A DNA stretch of 57,152 bases, filler included, from Rhizaria sp. SCN 62-66 (taxonomy: Eukaryota), in assembly GCA_001724265.1 (NCBI GenBank). It is 2 parts of 2 records of this genome, joined end to end, with 100 filler letters (N's around TTAATTAATTAA, not from the genome) between each part and the next. Parts side by side here need not be neighbours in the genome. Positions count along the whole stretch, not along the records: positions 1 to 28,574 come from MEDY01000386.1; 1 more part is not named here. The stretch is one strand, 5' to 3'. Shown piece by piece: positions 9,406-22,156 of the stretch. Positions within the stretch are counted from its first letter, which is position 1. Each line of letters starts with the position of its first letter. The position numbers and the translations under genes were made by a program. The notes under the pieces are model-generated. The model saw only the letters and a list, made by a program, of their open reading frames with translations, was not told where the DNA came from and ran no database searches.

Positions 9406-11442
9406 TCACTGCTCCTGAGCCTTCGCTTCACCACTTTCAGCATCTCCGTCTTCATCTTCGTCTCGGCCGCCCTCATCGTTGTCACTGCCACCGACTTCGT
9501 CGCTTTCGCTCTCTTCCTCGTCTTCGTCGACAGCGTCGCTCAAACCCTCGTTTGCATCCTCACTCGGCCGCTAGCTTCGGCTGTTACTGCGACTTTCATC
9601 TTTGCCTTCGTCGCTCGCAGGACCACTACTCGTGCTCTCGCGAGCCTTCGTGCTGCCTACAGTCTCACTTTCACGGCCGTCATGGTCATCATCATCAGCA
9701 TCGCTCTGAGAGCCTGAGTCAGATCCGGAGTCAGATTGCGAGCCAGAGCCAGAGTCGGAGTAGTCCTCGTCCTCGTCCTCATCCTCATCCTCGTCCTCGT
9801 CCTCGTCGTCTTTATCCGCTCTCTCGCGCGCCGCGGCCTGCTCCTTGAGGATTTTCACCACAACCTCTTTGAGCTCGTTGTCGTTCATCAAAATGAACTC
9901 GATGTGTTTCGGTGTGATCACCGTTCCCACCCCAGCGCCAGCGCCGCTGCCGGACTCCCCGCCGCCGCCGCCGCCGCCGCCAATGTTGCGCCGCGCAACC
10001 TGTCCCGCCAGGTCGAGCACCTCGGTGGCGATGTACTCAAGCACGGCGGCGAGGTAGATAGGCGCCGCGCCGCCGACCTTGCCGCCGTAACGGCCGTTCT
10101 TGAGCGCGCGGTGCGTGTGCGCGATGCTGAAGCCCAGCCCGGCCTGCGACTCGGCCTTCTTGCCCGCCGCAGCGGTCGCCGCGCCGCCGCTGCTGCCGCT
10201 GCCACTGCCGCTCGAAGCGGCGTTTTTGCGGCGAGACGTGCTCGAGTTGTCACTAGAGCTAGAGCTCGATTTAGCGCTTGCGCTGTGAGTATGGTTCATG
10301 TTGTTGTTATTATTCAAGGGGAGGCCAAGAGCAGAGAGCAAGTCGTGCGCGTTTGCTCTGGTGTTGTCGTCGCTGCCACTGGGCACGATGCCCGCTGCTG
10401 CCGCGGCGGCCGCGATCGCGTTGGCCGCGGCAGCTGTCCCTCCGGTCGAGTCCACGCCGCCCACGTCTCCGCCGCCGCTGGCCTCCTTGCGGCTACGCTT
10501 CGCTTTGTGGGCGACACTGCCGTCGCCGGACTTGCTGCTCGGTTTAGAGGACGATTTGGTTCTTGCGGCGTCCTTTGAGCTTGATGCAATGGCGTTTTTG
10601 CTCTGCGTGCTTGATGAGCCCGTCTGCAATGAACGCTTTTTGCGACTGGCTTCGTCGCTCGCAGTAGCGCCCGTGCTTGTGCTGTGCGTTCCAACCAAGG
10701 CCGCCGCAACACCCGCACTGCTCGCCGCGCGACTACCGTGACTGTGCACCGCTGCAGCCGTGCTGTGACCGCGACTCTGACTCTGACTGTGGCCGTGGGC
10801 AGAGGCAGCTGGGGCGCTGGGGCGACCGTGGGTGGCGTACTGTAGCGGGTTACGAGCGAGATACGGGCTCGGCGGCGGCTGCTGTTGCTGCTGCTGGGCG
10901 GGGTAGCCGTGGGCAGCAGCGGGGTACTGTTGGTAGGGAGGGTAGTACTGCTGCTGCTGCTGCGGATACTGATGAGGGGGCATCATGTGCTGCTGATGCT
11001 GCGGGTACTGCTGCTGCTGTGGGGGGTAGTAGTACGGCTGCTGCTGCGGCGGCGGCCCCTGCGGCGGCATCATCTGCTGCCCCTGATGATACTGTTGATG
11101 CTGGTGAGCGTACTGCTGATGCTGCTGCTGATACTGATACTGGTATGCAGGGCCTTGCGGCGGGCCATAGTATTGCGGAACGTACGGGTATCCATGCTGG
11201 GTGTGCGTGCCCGCGCCCGGGTAACTGTGCGCAGCGTGCGGCAGAGCGCCCGCGCCCGGTGCCGGGACGGGCGCGGCGGCATGCGCAGCAGCAGCGACTG
11301 CGGCTGGGGCCGGCGCGGGGTGCGGGCCGCGGGCGTCGTGTGTGGGCGGAACATGGCTGTTGTAGGGCGTAACGCCTGATGCGCCAGGAGGGTATCCACC
11401 TTGGTATCCCATAGAGGGCGTGTGGGGCGGAGGACCTGACAT
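9406..11442 (-). CDS. Histone H2A-fold protein with Q/Y/P prion-like N-terminus and long acidic C-tail; 678 aa if TAG 9571-9573 is sense, 623 aa otherwise
   Basis: AGLGFSIAHTHRALKNGRYGGKVGGAAPIYLAAVLEYIATEVLDLAG...ITPKHIEFILMNDNELK is an H2A core (about 9841-10162). The acidic tail continues past the TAG (RPSEDANEGLSDAVDEDEEESESDE...) to TGA 9406-9408. Confidence 0.85.
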
Positions 11443-11965
11443 AAGACGCGCTGATGTCGGTGGCAGGCTTGGTGAAGTGTCCCTTGGTGTGTGTCGAAAG
11501 GGGCTACTAGGCAGAGGGGTTTTCAGAAGAAGGACGTGAGGTATAGAGTAAATTCAATTGATACAGATTACCTAAGACAATATTGTAAAATATATTCGAG
11601 TAACCCATCATAATGAGCTCATTGATGCCGTGAGAGGCTGCGTTGACGACAGTGCACGATTCGCGAACCACAGATTGCGGTGACCGCGCGAAATCAAGAG
11701 CAGCCAGAATTCCCTTATTTCCCACCAGGATTCCGCGCTAGAATCCGTCACTGTCATTCCTAGCACGAGATTCAAATTTCACCATACAAATCCATCATAA
11801 CACGAAAATTATATGCTTATATCCGACATATTTGATATTCTATTTCAATTTTTGTTTCTTCCTCAGAGCGCGTGTTGCCACCCTAACGGTCACTCTTCAG
11901 CCTCAATCGTCACACTCTGCAATTGCACTCAGTACCACCAGCACTCTTCCGACTGTATTGCCGTG

Positions 11966-14900
11966 ATGCGTCCAACATTTCCCGAGCGCCCCGGCTCCGC
12001 ATCAGTCCATGGGGATCGGTTCGGCGCCCTTCCAGCCCGCGCGCCGCTCTCAGCCCACACAACCACCACCAACAGCAGCAGCAGTAGCTCTACTCGTCCT
12101 GTCTCCGGCTCTACATCGGCGTACGGCGGCGCCGGGCCGCAGCTGCCGCCGTCGTCGCACAATCCCTACCTGACCTCTGGGTCGCTTGGGCTTGCTATCG
12201 CCGGCAACACGATGCGTCCCCAAACCGCGACATCGGCCTCAGGGGCGCCGCCTTCCCGCGCGAGCACGGCGGGCTCGACTGCTGCGGGTTATAGCGTGAG
12301 TTCGAGTGCGAGTGCTGCCCGCCCTAGCGCCCACGTGCAGCCATAGTCACGTCTTCCCTCAGCCTCTGCATCTGTTGCCACCACAAGCAACTCCACAAGC
12401 AACGCCACAAGCAACTTGAGTGGCAGCGGTGCTGGCGGTACTAGCGGTGTCAGCGGGTCTGCAGCGTTCGCGTCCGCTCTGGCCTCTCTTAAAGCGATGG
12501 ACGCCGGCAGCAGTAGCAGTGCGGCCCATGGTGGTGTCGGCGCCGCTGTCGCAAAGTCAAGTCGCCCTCTGTCAAACAACCCTTACATGAACCCGACCTC
12601 GAGCTCGAGACTGTACAACGACAGCACCGCGGTCGGCATGAGGCCCCCCGGCCCCGCTGTTCAACGAAGCACCAGCACCAGGAGCAGCTACAGCGGCTAC
12701 AGCACTGGCGCCGGCGTCGGTGTTGTCGGCACTGGCGCTTTATACCCCGTGTACAAGGGATACGACGATTACGACGTCGACAGTAGCACGAACGCGCATC
12801 ATCATCCTAGCGCCGGAAACAACGGCTCCGGTCTGCCCGCAAGCTCGAGTTCATCGGCAAGCAATCACCACTACGGCGTCGGTGCCTATGGCGCGGAGCC
12901 TGCGGCCGAACCCGAGGCGCCGGGCTACATGAGCGGCGGCGACGACGACGACGGCTTTGTCGGGACGTTTGCCGACGGCGCGGGCGCGTATGCGGGCAGC
13001 GCAGGCGGGTACGACGATGATGATAATGTCGTCGGCGGCGGGGCAAGTAAAAATCCTTACGGGTACGCTTACGACGATGACGCTGGGAATGTTCATAGCA
13101 ACAATTATAATGCTGATGATGGTGAGCAAAACGGGTACATTGATGACGGCGACGATCTAGAGAATAACGGCGATGACGATGAGTTCCCCGTCCACACCGC
13201 CACGCACATGCAGACGCAGCCGCTCGATCCACAACCTCGACACCAGCAACAGTCAGAGCGCGAGGAGCGGCAGTCGCAGCCACTGGCGGCGGGCCTCACT
13301 GTTGCGGACTCATTGTTCCGCACTCGCACGAACAACAAGAGCAAGCAGGGCGGCACTTACACTGGCGACACAGGTGCTTACCCAGAGGACGTGTTGAACA
13401 TGTCGGGGGCGGATATCGCTGCTTCACTTGACTTCATCGATGATGATGACAACGACGACAATCATAACAATGACTACAATGGCAATGCTCACCGCGACCT
13501 GCAAGGTGCTTACAATAGTGATGAAGGGCCTGACGCAGAAGCGACTACTTACATTAAGTCCACATCTAACGGCGTTAGGGGTCCTCACGCTTCCTCTTCT
13601 AGGGTTGCTCAAAACATCAGCTCGCAGTCGCAGTCTGAGGGCGAGGCCTGGCTCCGCGCCGCTGCCTCTGCCATCGGCACCACTTACGACTCCAGCGTGA
13701 ACGCGGCCAATACCGGTACGGGCGCCGCCGGCTCTGGCGCGAACCCCGGTGCCGCGGTGAGCGGCAGCGTCCAGGTGACCGTGAGCAGCTGGCTCTCGCG
13801 CTCCTCGGTGCTGCGCTCGATCGTCATGGCGGCCACCCAGGACGCCGCGGCGGCCGTGGCGCGCGCGTCGTCACGCATCCCCGAGCTCAAGGACGCCGAG
13901 CTCGCACACGTGCAAAGCAACAGCGCCAACAGTGTCAACAGCGTGAACTCTGGCCCTAACACGGGCTCCGGCTCTGGCCCTGGCTCTGGCCCCGGCCCCG
14001 CCTCGGCCCCCCTAGCCCCGGCGCTGGCGGCCGCGGGTGACGCGCTGCCCCGCGTCCGTGCCGTCCTGGCTTCCTCTCTCGCGCACACCGCCGGGCTGGC
14101 CCGCGCCTTTGCGCGGCTGGTGCGGCCCGAGAGCGCGCGCGACGACGACGCTTACGTCGACCTGGTGCAGACGCACCTGGACGCGCTCGAAGACAGCCTC
14201 GAGGACCGTAAGGCCGCGCTCGCTGCCGCGCAAGCCGGCGCCGCCGCCGAGGCTGCAGCGCTAGAGCGGGAGCTCCGCGCGCTGCTGGAGCGCACCGAGC
14301 GCTGGGACGCGCAGGTTGCCTCGGCCGCATCGGCCGCGGCGGCGGCGGCGGCTGCCTCGGCTGCGGCAGCGACGGGCACTGGGCAAGGGCAGCAACAGCA
14401 GCAGCAGAGTCGTGGTGCATCTGCGCTGTATGGCAACAACGACCAGACTGGCGCTGCTGCTAATGCTGATGGCGACACGAGTGCGCTTGACGCAAGCTTT
14501 ACTGACGATCGCAGCGGCAGCTCAGGGGGTGCCAATGGTAGCGCTGGCGGCGGTGGTGATGATGAGGACACCGACCAAGGCGGCCTGACTTCCGTCATGG
14601 CACGCATGCGCGCTCTCATCGACAGCATCGACAACACCGCTAACAGCGCTAGCGGCAATGCCAGTGCCCCTGCGAGTGCGTCAAGCGCGCTCAACTCGAG
14701 CAACCCCGCCATCGCCGCCGCCGCTGCGCACGGCCAAACGGGCGGCTGGAGCAGCGAGGATCACAGCGACTTCCTTCATGCGATTGCGGGCGCGCCGTTC
14801 GCGGCCGCCACCGCTGCCGCCGCCGCTGCCGTGGCCGCGGCGTCGCTGCCGTATGTGCCGCGCTCGGAGCAAAGCGCGGAGAGTCTCAACACGAGCCGAA

Positions 14901-16064
14901 ACCTAAACGAGTCGACTGCAAACGCACGTTCTGCTTCGGACAGCGCTCGCGGTTCCACGCCCGCAGACTCGTCTTCCTTCTCTGTTCTGTTGCACCTGCC
15001 GCCGATCCCCGCCTTCCCCTCCGTGGCCGATCTGCCCCCGCTGTCTTTGTCCGCCTACGGCGCCCCCGCCGCGGCCATCACGGCCCGCGCGCAGCAGCAC
15101 ACGCCGCACCTGTCCCCCGACGCCGTGCGCGCGCACCTGCTCTGGTACCTACACCAGCTGCTGCTCGCGGCGGCCAAGCGCGCCGCCGTCGTGGCCTGGC
15201 GCGCAGCCCGCGCGGCCGTCGCGGACCGCCGCGCGCTGCGGGAGGCCACCGCGGAGGCCGCAGTGACGGCGCAGGCGGCAGCGGTGCGCGCGGCGGCCGA
15301 AGCTGAGCTGGCCAAGAGGAAGAAGGAGCGTGTGGAGCAGTGGCGGCAGAGCAAGGCGGCAGAGGCGGCGCGGGAGACTGCCGCGAAGGAGGCCGCCGAG
15401 GCTGCGGAGGCCAAGAGGAGGAGGGATGCGGCCGAGGCCGAGCGCATTCGGCTCAAGCGCGCCATGGTCACTTTCCAAGTACGTCTTGTGTCGCTTTACT
15501 TCACTGTGTCTTCGTTAAACTGCTCCGAGTTGATCAGAATCACGAGATTATAACCTTCATATTTCAATCGTATCTCATGCCATATTTTCAACATCTATCC
15601 CATATGTTCTCACATTTCACCCACTTTTACGATTCGTTCATTCACAGGAGCAGCGCAGCCTCGACGCCCGCGTGACTGCGACGGAGTCTGCTGCGGTGAC
15701 CGAGGAGGCCGAGGCCGCGCGCCGCCGCGAGCGCCGTGACCAGCTGGCCCAGCTCCGCGCGGCGCAGGAGTCGCGCCTGCAGAGCATCGCGGCCGAGCGC
15801 GAGCAGCGCGCCGCGGCCGCCGCCGAGGCCGCCCGGCGCGCGGAGCGGGCGCGCGTGGCGGCGGCGCACCGGCTGGACGCCGTGGTGGTGCGCGACGCCG
15901 GGCGCCTCACACAGGCGACGACGGCGCAGGCGGCGCGCGAGAAAGCCGCGGCGCGCGAGCGCGAGCGTGCTAAGGAGGCCGGCGACGGCGTGCGTGGCAT
16001 TGCGTACGGCGCCGTCGAGAGCGGGCACAGGGGCGCGGCGGCGTGGCGCGGGAAGATCGGGTGA
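11966..16064 (+). CDS. CCDC112: CCDC112-like coiled-coil (centriolar satellite/cilia) protein, about 1309 aa, exons 11966-15478 and 15648-16064, in-frame TAG at 12344-12346
   Basis: GQTGGWSSEDHSDFL, PHLSPDAVRAHLLWY...KRAAVVAWR, RDAGRLTQAT and C-terminal HRGAAAWRGKIG match recalled CCDC112 motifs (GGWDDYDHQNF, HEKWY, RDPSRLYKPT, HRAIPTWRQG). Intron GTACGT...CAG keeps the frame. Confidence 0.75.
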
Positions 16065-16513
16065 TCTGGGTTGTGCTGTCATGTGCGAGTGCGTTGATGC
16101 ATGCTGAATTTTTCCTGTTCGTGCGCTTACACTTAATGAATGCGCATATGCACCACACATATTTGTTTTCTTATCATGCTTTGCTACATTAGGAATACCT
16201 ACGTAAGGACGAATGGTTAAAAGTCTCGTTTTGTTTTATTAGGTGCTAAGAGAGAACGATTCGAGACAGGTCTCAGTGATTATAGAAAGACATGTTACTA
16301 CTCGTTTTTGTTTGTTTGATTAATATAACAATAAATACACAAAACAAAAGGAGAACACACACACATATACGAACATTAGACACACATAAACTAAAGGCAG
16401 TGCATAACGACGGTTTTGTCATTGGTGAACAGTCGTCGCACTGCCATAAATTAAGAGCTGCACGAACACAGCGTTTGATTGACGAGTGGAGGGATGTCAC
16501 ACCTGTTACTTGC

Positions 16514-19500
16514 TTATGAGAAGAAGTATTTGGACTCGCGGATCTTGTTAAGGTCGAGCGTGCCGCGCTTGGGCACGGGCGGGAACTGCACGTGCGGGAA
16601 GCGGATCGAGAAGGACGTGTGCAGGTCGTCGAGAATGGGCTGCGAGTAGAGCTGGATGAACTGCTCGCGGAGCACCGTGTTCATGGTGTCGACGTCGCAC
16701 GCGTGCGCCCAGAACGAATCGTGCACGGACGAGAAGTTGAGTCCCTTCTTCTCGCACTCGATGGCCGTGGTCATCATGTGCGTCGCGTCGAGCGAGTGCA
16801 CGAAGTTGGGCGGGAACGCCGCCTTCTGCCGCGTCACCGACACCGGCAGCGAGTCGTTGTTGTCCGTCATGGTCACGTTCTGCATCAGCGTCCTGATCGT
16901 GTAGGCCGAATTCTTGCGGTACGGCTGCGTCACGGGCAGCCCCAGCGGCGTGACCCAGCTCACGGGCTGCTGCTCGCGCGCCATGAGGCTCGCGCACTCG
17001 CCCAGCCATCCCATGATGGACTTGGCGCCAGTGAAGACGGTCGACAGCGAGTTGAGCGTGAGGCGCGCGATGTACATCGACGCCTGGTACAGCGCGCGCT
17101 CCTTGGGGTCGGGCCAGTTGATCTCGCGCAGGTCGACGAGCTGGCGCATCACCTGCTCGCGCGCGCCGACGAACGTCACGCCGTAGACAGAGGTCATGAC
17201 CGTCTGCTTGACGACCTTGCGCGTGATGTGCGGCAGCAGCAGCTCCGCCAGCGGGTGGCCGTTGGCGCGGTCCTCATCCATGAGGACCTTGACCTGGGCA
17301 AGAACGTGTGAGTATACGTCCTGCGGCTTGTCGGCGGGCATCAGGTTCACGCGCGCACCGCCGAGCTCGTCGCGGCCCAGCGCGGCGTAGTGCTGCAGGC
17401 CGTTGCACGAACCGTCCTGGATATGGACGAAATAATGAGAAACATATAGAAGAGTGAGTTAACACGTTAGATAGACAAGAAAAAGCACATGAAGACATAC
17501 GTAGACGAAGATTGATCAAATTATTTTCTTCAAACTCCGATTATATTCGAGTGCAGTGGTTCGTACCTGGTGAACAGGGAGCGAGCAGCAGTACTCGGCC
17601 GGGTTGGGGCTGCGGACCGCGGCGGCAATCTCGAAGCACGTGGCGAGCGCCTGCCACGGTGAGTCGGCCGTCATCCACCACGGGATGAACTCCGAGTGCT
17701 CCTGGGGCGGGTCCAGCTCGCCGCGGGTCTTGCCGAAACGCGGGTTCGGCATCGACGCGAACAGCGGGTCGTCGGCAGCCTGTGCGGAATGTGAAAACGA
17801 AGAGAAAAATATGACATACAGTGAGATGCAAGATGTGATACGTGATGATTAGGACATTTAGAGATCCGACAACATCAGGATTTGAGAACAAGGAGAGACG
17901 TTGTACTGATCGTTCGTTATGCGACGAACCTGAAGGATTTTGTCGAGGTGCGACTTGGCGTACGCGACACGGTCATCGAACGAGATCTTGTCCACGCCGA
18001 ACTGCGCAGCCAAGTGCGCGTAGAGCCAGTAGAGCCCGCGCTCGCCGAGCGGGCGCTTCTCAGAGAACATGAGGATGCCACGAGACATGTCGGAACCCAG
18101 GTGGTTCAAGTGGGGCGGTAACGGGTACGCGCGGCCGCGGAAGTCCATGTTACAGGGGAAGTAGAGCTCGTAGTCCATCAGGGCGTCGGCCTGGTTAAGC
18201 TTGAGAATGACGTCGCACCGCAGCGAGTGCAGGTCCATGTTAGCCTAGGAACAAAAAAGGAATGAAAACAGAGTGGAGTGAGGAAAATGAGCATGTGAAA
18301 AAGATTTACACGTGTTTCAAAACAAAGTAAACAATTTAAATGCGTGTCCAAAATAAAAGCAACACGTTAGTGAAGGGGAATACTTCAGCTTTGAATACTT
18401 CAGCTTCATGTTTGTTTTGCTTCCGATTGCGACGCACCTGTGTGAGTTTCTGGATAAGCTTGTTGTGCTTGCGCATCTCCCGGTTGTACGCGCGCTGCAC
18501 GCGCTCGTTCTCCTCGGCCGTGTTCATCTCGTCCAGCACGGGCGCCGCCAGCGGCAGCGGGAGCGGAATGTCGACGCGACCCGGCAGGTCGGCGACGCCG
18601 CCGCCCTTCTCCCAAAAGGCCTTGACAACGTCGATGACCTGCTTGTTGACGCGCCAGGGCACGCGGCCCAGCACGTCGAGCGACTCGAACGCCGCGGGCA
18701 TGTCGGCGTAGAAGACCGCCTGCAGCTGCTTCGCGGAGCCCTTTGCGCGGATGGCCGTGTTCTGCACCGTGATGTACCCGCCCGCCTTGGGGCTGGACCA
18801 CGGCCGCGGGGGCACGACCATGGGCATGAGCTTGGGCCCCAGCCCGGCAATGAAGGCGTGGCCCTCCTCAATCATCGTCAGCACGTCGCGGTGGCAGCGG
18901 ATGACGCCGATGTAGTGTCCCTTCTTGACCGGCACGTACTCATGCAGAAACGCGAGCTCTTCCTGCGGGACGATGGACGTCGCGGGCCCGCTCTCGGCGT
19001 GATACTGCACCTTGTCCGCGATCGCCTGCGCCGCGAGCTCGGCCGCCACGACCGCGAGCTGCGCGTTGCCGGGCTTGTCGTTGATCTCAAGCGCGGTGCT
19101 GCTCGCGGCCGCATTCGTCGCAGCCAGCCCGTTGGAGGAGTCGGCAGAGGCAGCGCCGCTCACGAGCGCGGTGTGCTGCATGTTCTCGACATACTTGCGC
19201 GCGGCGCGGTCGATGGGCGACATGTTGTTGTCGAGCAGCAGCGCCGCCATCGTGGGCGCCACCTCCTTCATGTTGTTGTGCGCGGCCGCCTTGCCCTTTT
19301 TCTGGTTGTCCATCCGGATCGTGACCGTGTTCATCATGATCTTGAGCAAGCACGCGCCGACCTGCGCGCGCACCTGGTCTGACCACACCGAGTTGGACAT
19401 GAACTTGCGCGCCTTGATCATCACGCTGTCGGTCGTGCGCTGCCCCATCGGCAGCTGGCGGCGCAGCTCATCGTACGCCTCCTTGTTGCCCTTGATGAAC

Positions 19501-21149
19501 TGCATGTTGACCTCCGCGTTGACGGCGCGGCCGACCGCGACGGCGGCCTCGATGAACCGCACGCCGCCGGGCGACACGAGCAGGCGGTTAAGCAGCTCGT
19601 GCATCACCACACACGCCAGCTCCGACGCGCCAAGCGCCTGGATGTAGGGCCCGTAGACCTTGCGGCCCTCGCCGACGACCTTGTTCTCGACCAGCGCCTG
19701 CTCGTGCTGAATCGCGCGCGAGAGCGGCTCGAACCACGCCATGACAAACTGCTGTGCGGGCTTCAGCGAGGAGCCGCGGCCCATGCGGCTAAGCTCCTGC
19801 GACAGCTCGCGGTACTTAAGCACGGCGGCCGACACGGCGAGCGTCTCGTTGATCAGCTGCTGCTCGAATAGCCTCGGCTCCGGGTGCGTGCCCGTCTCGA
19901 TGGCGTACTGGCGGTACTCGCGAGCGATCTGCTCCTTGGTAAACATGGACCGCAGCAGCTCGTCCTTGTACTCGAGCTTGGCCATCACGGCCGCAGACTC
20001 GCGCTGTGCAGTGTCGATGACGGTGTCGATGTGCCGGATCGCCGCGTCGGCCGCCGCGAGCAAGTACGGCGTGCTCGTGAAGTCCACGTGCTCGCTCTTG
20101 CCCGTAAAGTGCACCAGCGCGGCGTCGATCTCGGTGTGCAGCGTGCGTTCGTCGAGCCGCACGACCTGGAACGGCGGCGGCGTGCCCGGCGCCAGGGCAA
20201 CCGAGTCATACCCACGTTGGCGGGCCGCCTCGATGGCGGTCTCGCTCGCGCCCTCAGGCAGCTCCGCCACGGCCTTGTCGGCGGCGGCGATGGCGTAGGC
20301 CGCGGCCTCCGAGCGGCGGCCCAGGTGCAGCAGCACGTGCATGGCGACGGCCGAACGGACCGCGCTGTCGATGGCGAAGGCCGACGACTGGTCGGCGACG
20401 TCCTTGGTGAGGATGAGCGCGGACCGCGCCGAGTAGAGGCTCGCCAGCGTGGGCTTGTCGCGCGGCGGAACAACGAGCGTCTGCAGTTCGTCGACGACCT
20501 GCGCGATCTCGAGCGCGGTGCGGCGGTCCAGCAGGTCCACCTCAGCCGACGCCTCCTCAGCGGTAGCCGCGGGCGGCGAGATGAGCGAATCCATAACGCC
20601 CGCCGGCTGCTGCGCCACCAGCTGCTCCGCGAACGCGGTCGCGTCCTGCATCCGCGAGTACGGCGTCGAGTTGGCGTCGCCGTCGCCGCCGCTGCCGCTG
20701 TTGTTGCCGCCTACATCCGCGCTGTCGTCGCCATTGCCTTCAGCAGCGGCGGCAGAGGAAGAAGAAAATGAGTCGTCGAGGTGCGGAAAGGAGTCGGTCG
20801 GGGGCAGGTTGTTGACGTAGTCGGAGTTCAGCGCGGGGCCAGAGAACGCACGCGCAGCGCCCTGCGTAGCCACACTATGAGTAGCAGTGCGACTGCTGAT
20901 GCTGTTGTTCTTAGGTATGGAGCCGAGAGCACTATTAGTGGCGGCATTGCTGTTGCTGTGACTGCAGCTGCTGCTGCTAATGAATACAGCGGAAACGGAC
21001 TGGAACGCGCGCGGGGCGGACGACGCAACTGAAGCTGCGACCGTGTTTGCAGTAGCAGCGGCAGTTGCGCTCGCGGTCGTGGCCGCAGTCGAGGCCGTTG
21101 CAAGGCTGTGTGCAAGGGCGCGACGACACGCGCGACTGAGGATACTCAT
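16514..21149 (-). CDS. POLRMT: T7/T3-phage-type single-subunit mitochondrial RNA polymerase, 1380 aa, exons 21149-18438, 18244-17930, 17779-17567, 17416-16514
   Basis: MPMVVPPRPW, NMDFRGRAYP, PVHQDGSCNGLQHY (motif A), RKVVKQTVMTSVYG (motif B), FPPNFVHSLDA, VHDSFW (motif C), C-terminal YFFS. The N-terminus is R/A/S-rich, like a mitochondrial targeting peptide. Confidence 0.97.
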
Positions 21150-22156
21150 GCTGCTGTTGTGGAGAGTGCTGCCAGAGACGCAACAGTGTAGAGATGAGAG
21201 TGAGGACGCGAGTGCGGGTGCGACAGCTGCTGCGGCTGCGGCGGCTACAGAGGTGGGGGCTGCTGCGGCGACGGCGGAGAGCGGGAAGCCAAAGCAAGCG
21301 CGGGACAGCTACAATCAAAATAGAAACTAGAAAACGTGCCCTAAAACAGGCGCGGTGTGCTGTGGCGATCAAGTGAAAGGGGGGATATCAGGAGACGTGA
21401 GTTTAGGGGCGAGACAGAACCCACAGTAAGTGGGCGTGAGAGCGTGGGGCAGAGGCTCTGTCGCCATAGAGAGACCGTCTATAGTGATATCAACAAAGGA
21501 GCATATATAAAACAGACGATTCTTCAATAAAGATATAAAAATATGACACTCTGGCACGGTATACACTTGCAATGCAAGTCATGTGCGAGGCCGGACTTGG
21601 GCTTCGGTCTCAGTCGGAGTCTCCGCCATTTTTCGGTCCGTCAGTCGAGGGTCCGACAAGTTGTGCTTTGGCAGCAGATAGCAGCATGAAGACATTTACA
21701 TGTTGAACAAAAAGAAGTTTTGCCAACGGGCTTAAGATATGTAAGTGTATTTTTCACGTTTTACACGCGAGGTCAGCAGTCCACACGCCAAACAGTCAGC
21801 GAGGGACGCGTGAGCACATACGCAGTACAAGCAGGATACAGACTAGACAAGACAGGAAAGACGAGAAGAAAAGATAAAAAGAAAAGAAAGATTCTACTAT
21901 GGGTAACATTGGACCTTACAATACATCACATTGCTTTCGTTTGTTTGGCTGCATCATGCTTGGTGACCAAGCGCAAACACAAGTACGCTAAGTAAGAGTC
22001 GCTGATATTTTTGCTGATATTTTTGTTATGTTTTTTTTTGCGGTGGCGACCACGCGCGCTAGCTGATATCCTCATCACTAATTACACGTGTTTACGGAAG
22101 AGATATGGCCGTCTAGCTCGCGGTGTTTTGCTCTCACCGCGCTTAGTCGTCGTCGC

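Noticed and set aside
16514-21149. T7-like RNA polymerase as a prophage or viral insertion
   Set aside because: It has spliceosomal introns, a targeting peptide and host codon usage, so it is the ordinary nuclear-encoded mitochondrial enzyme.
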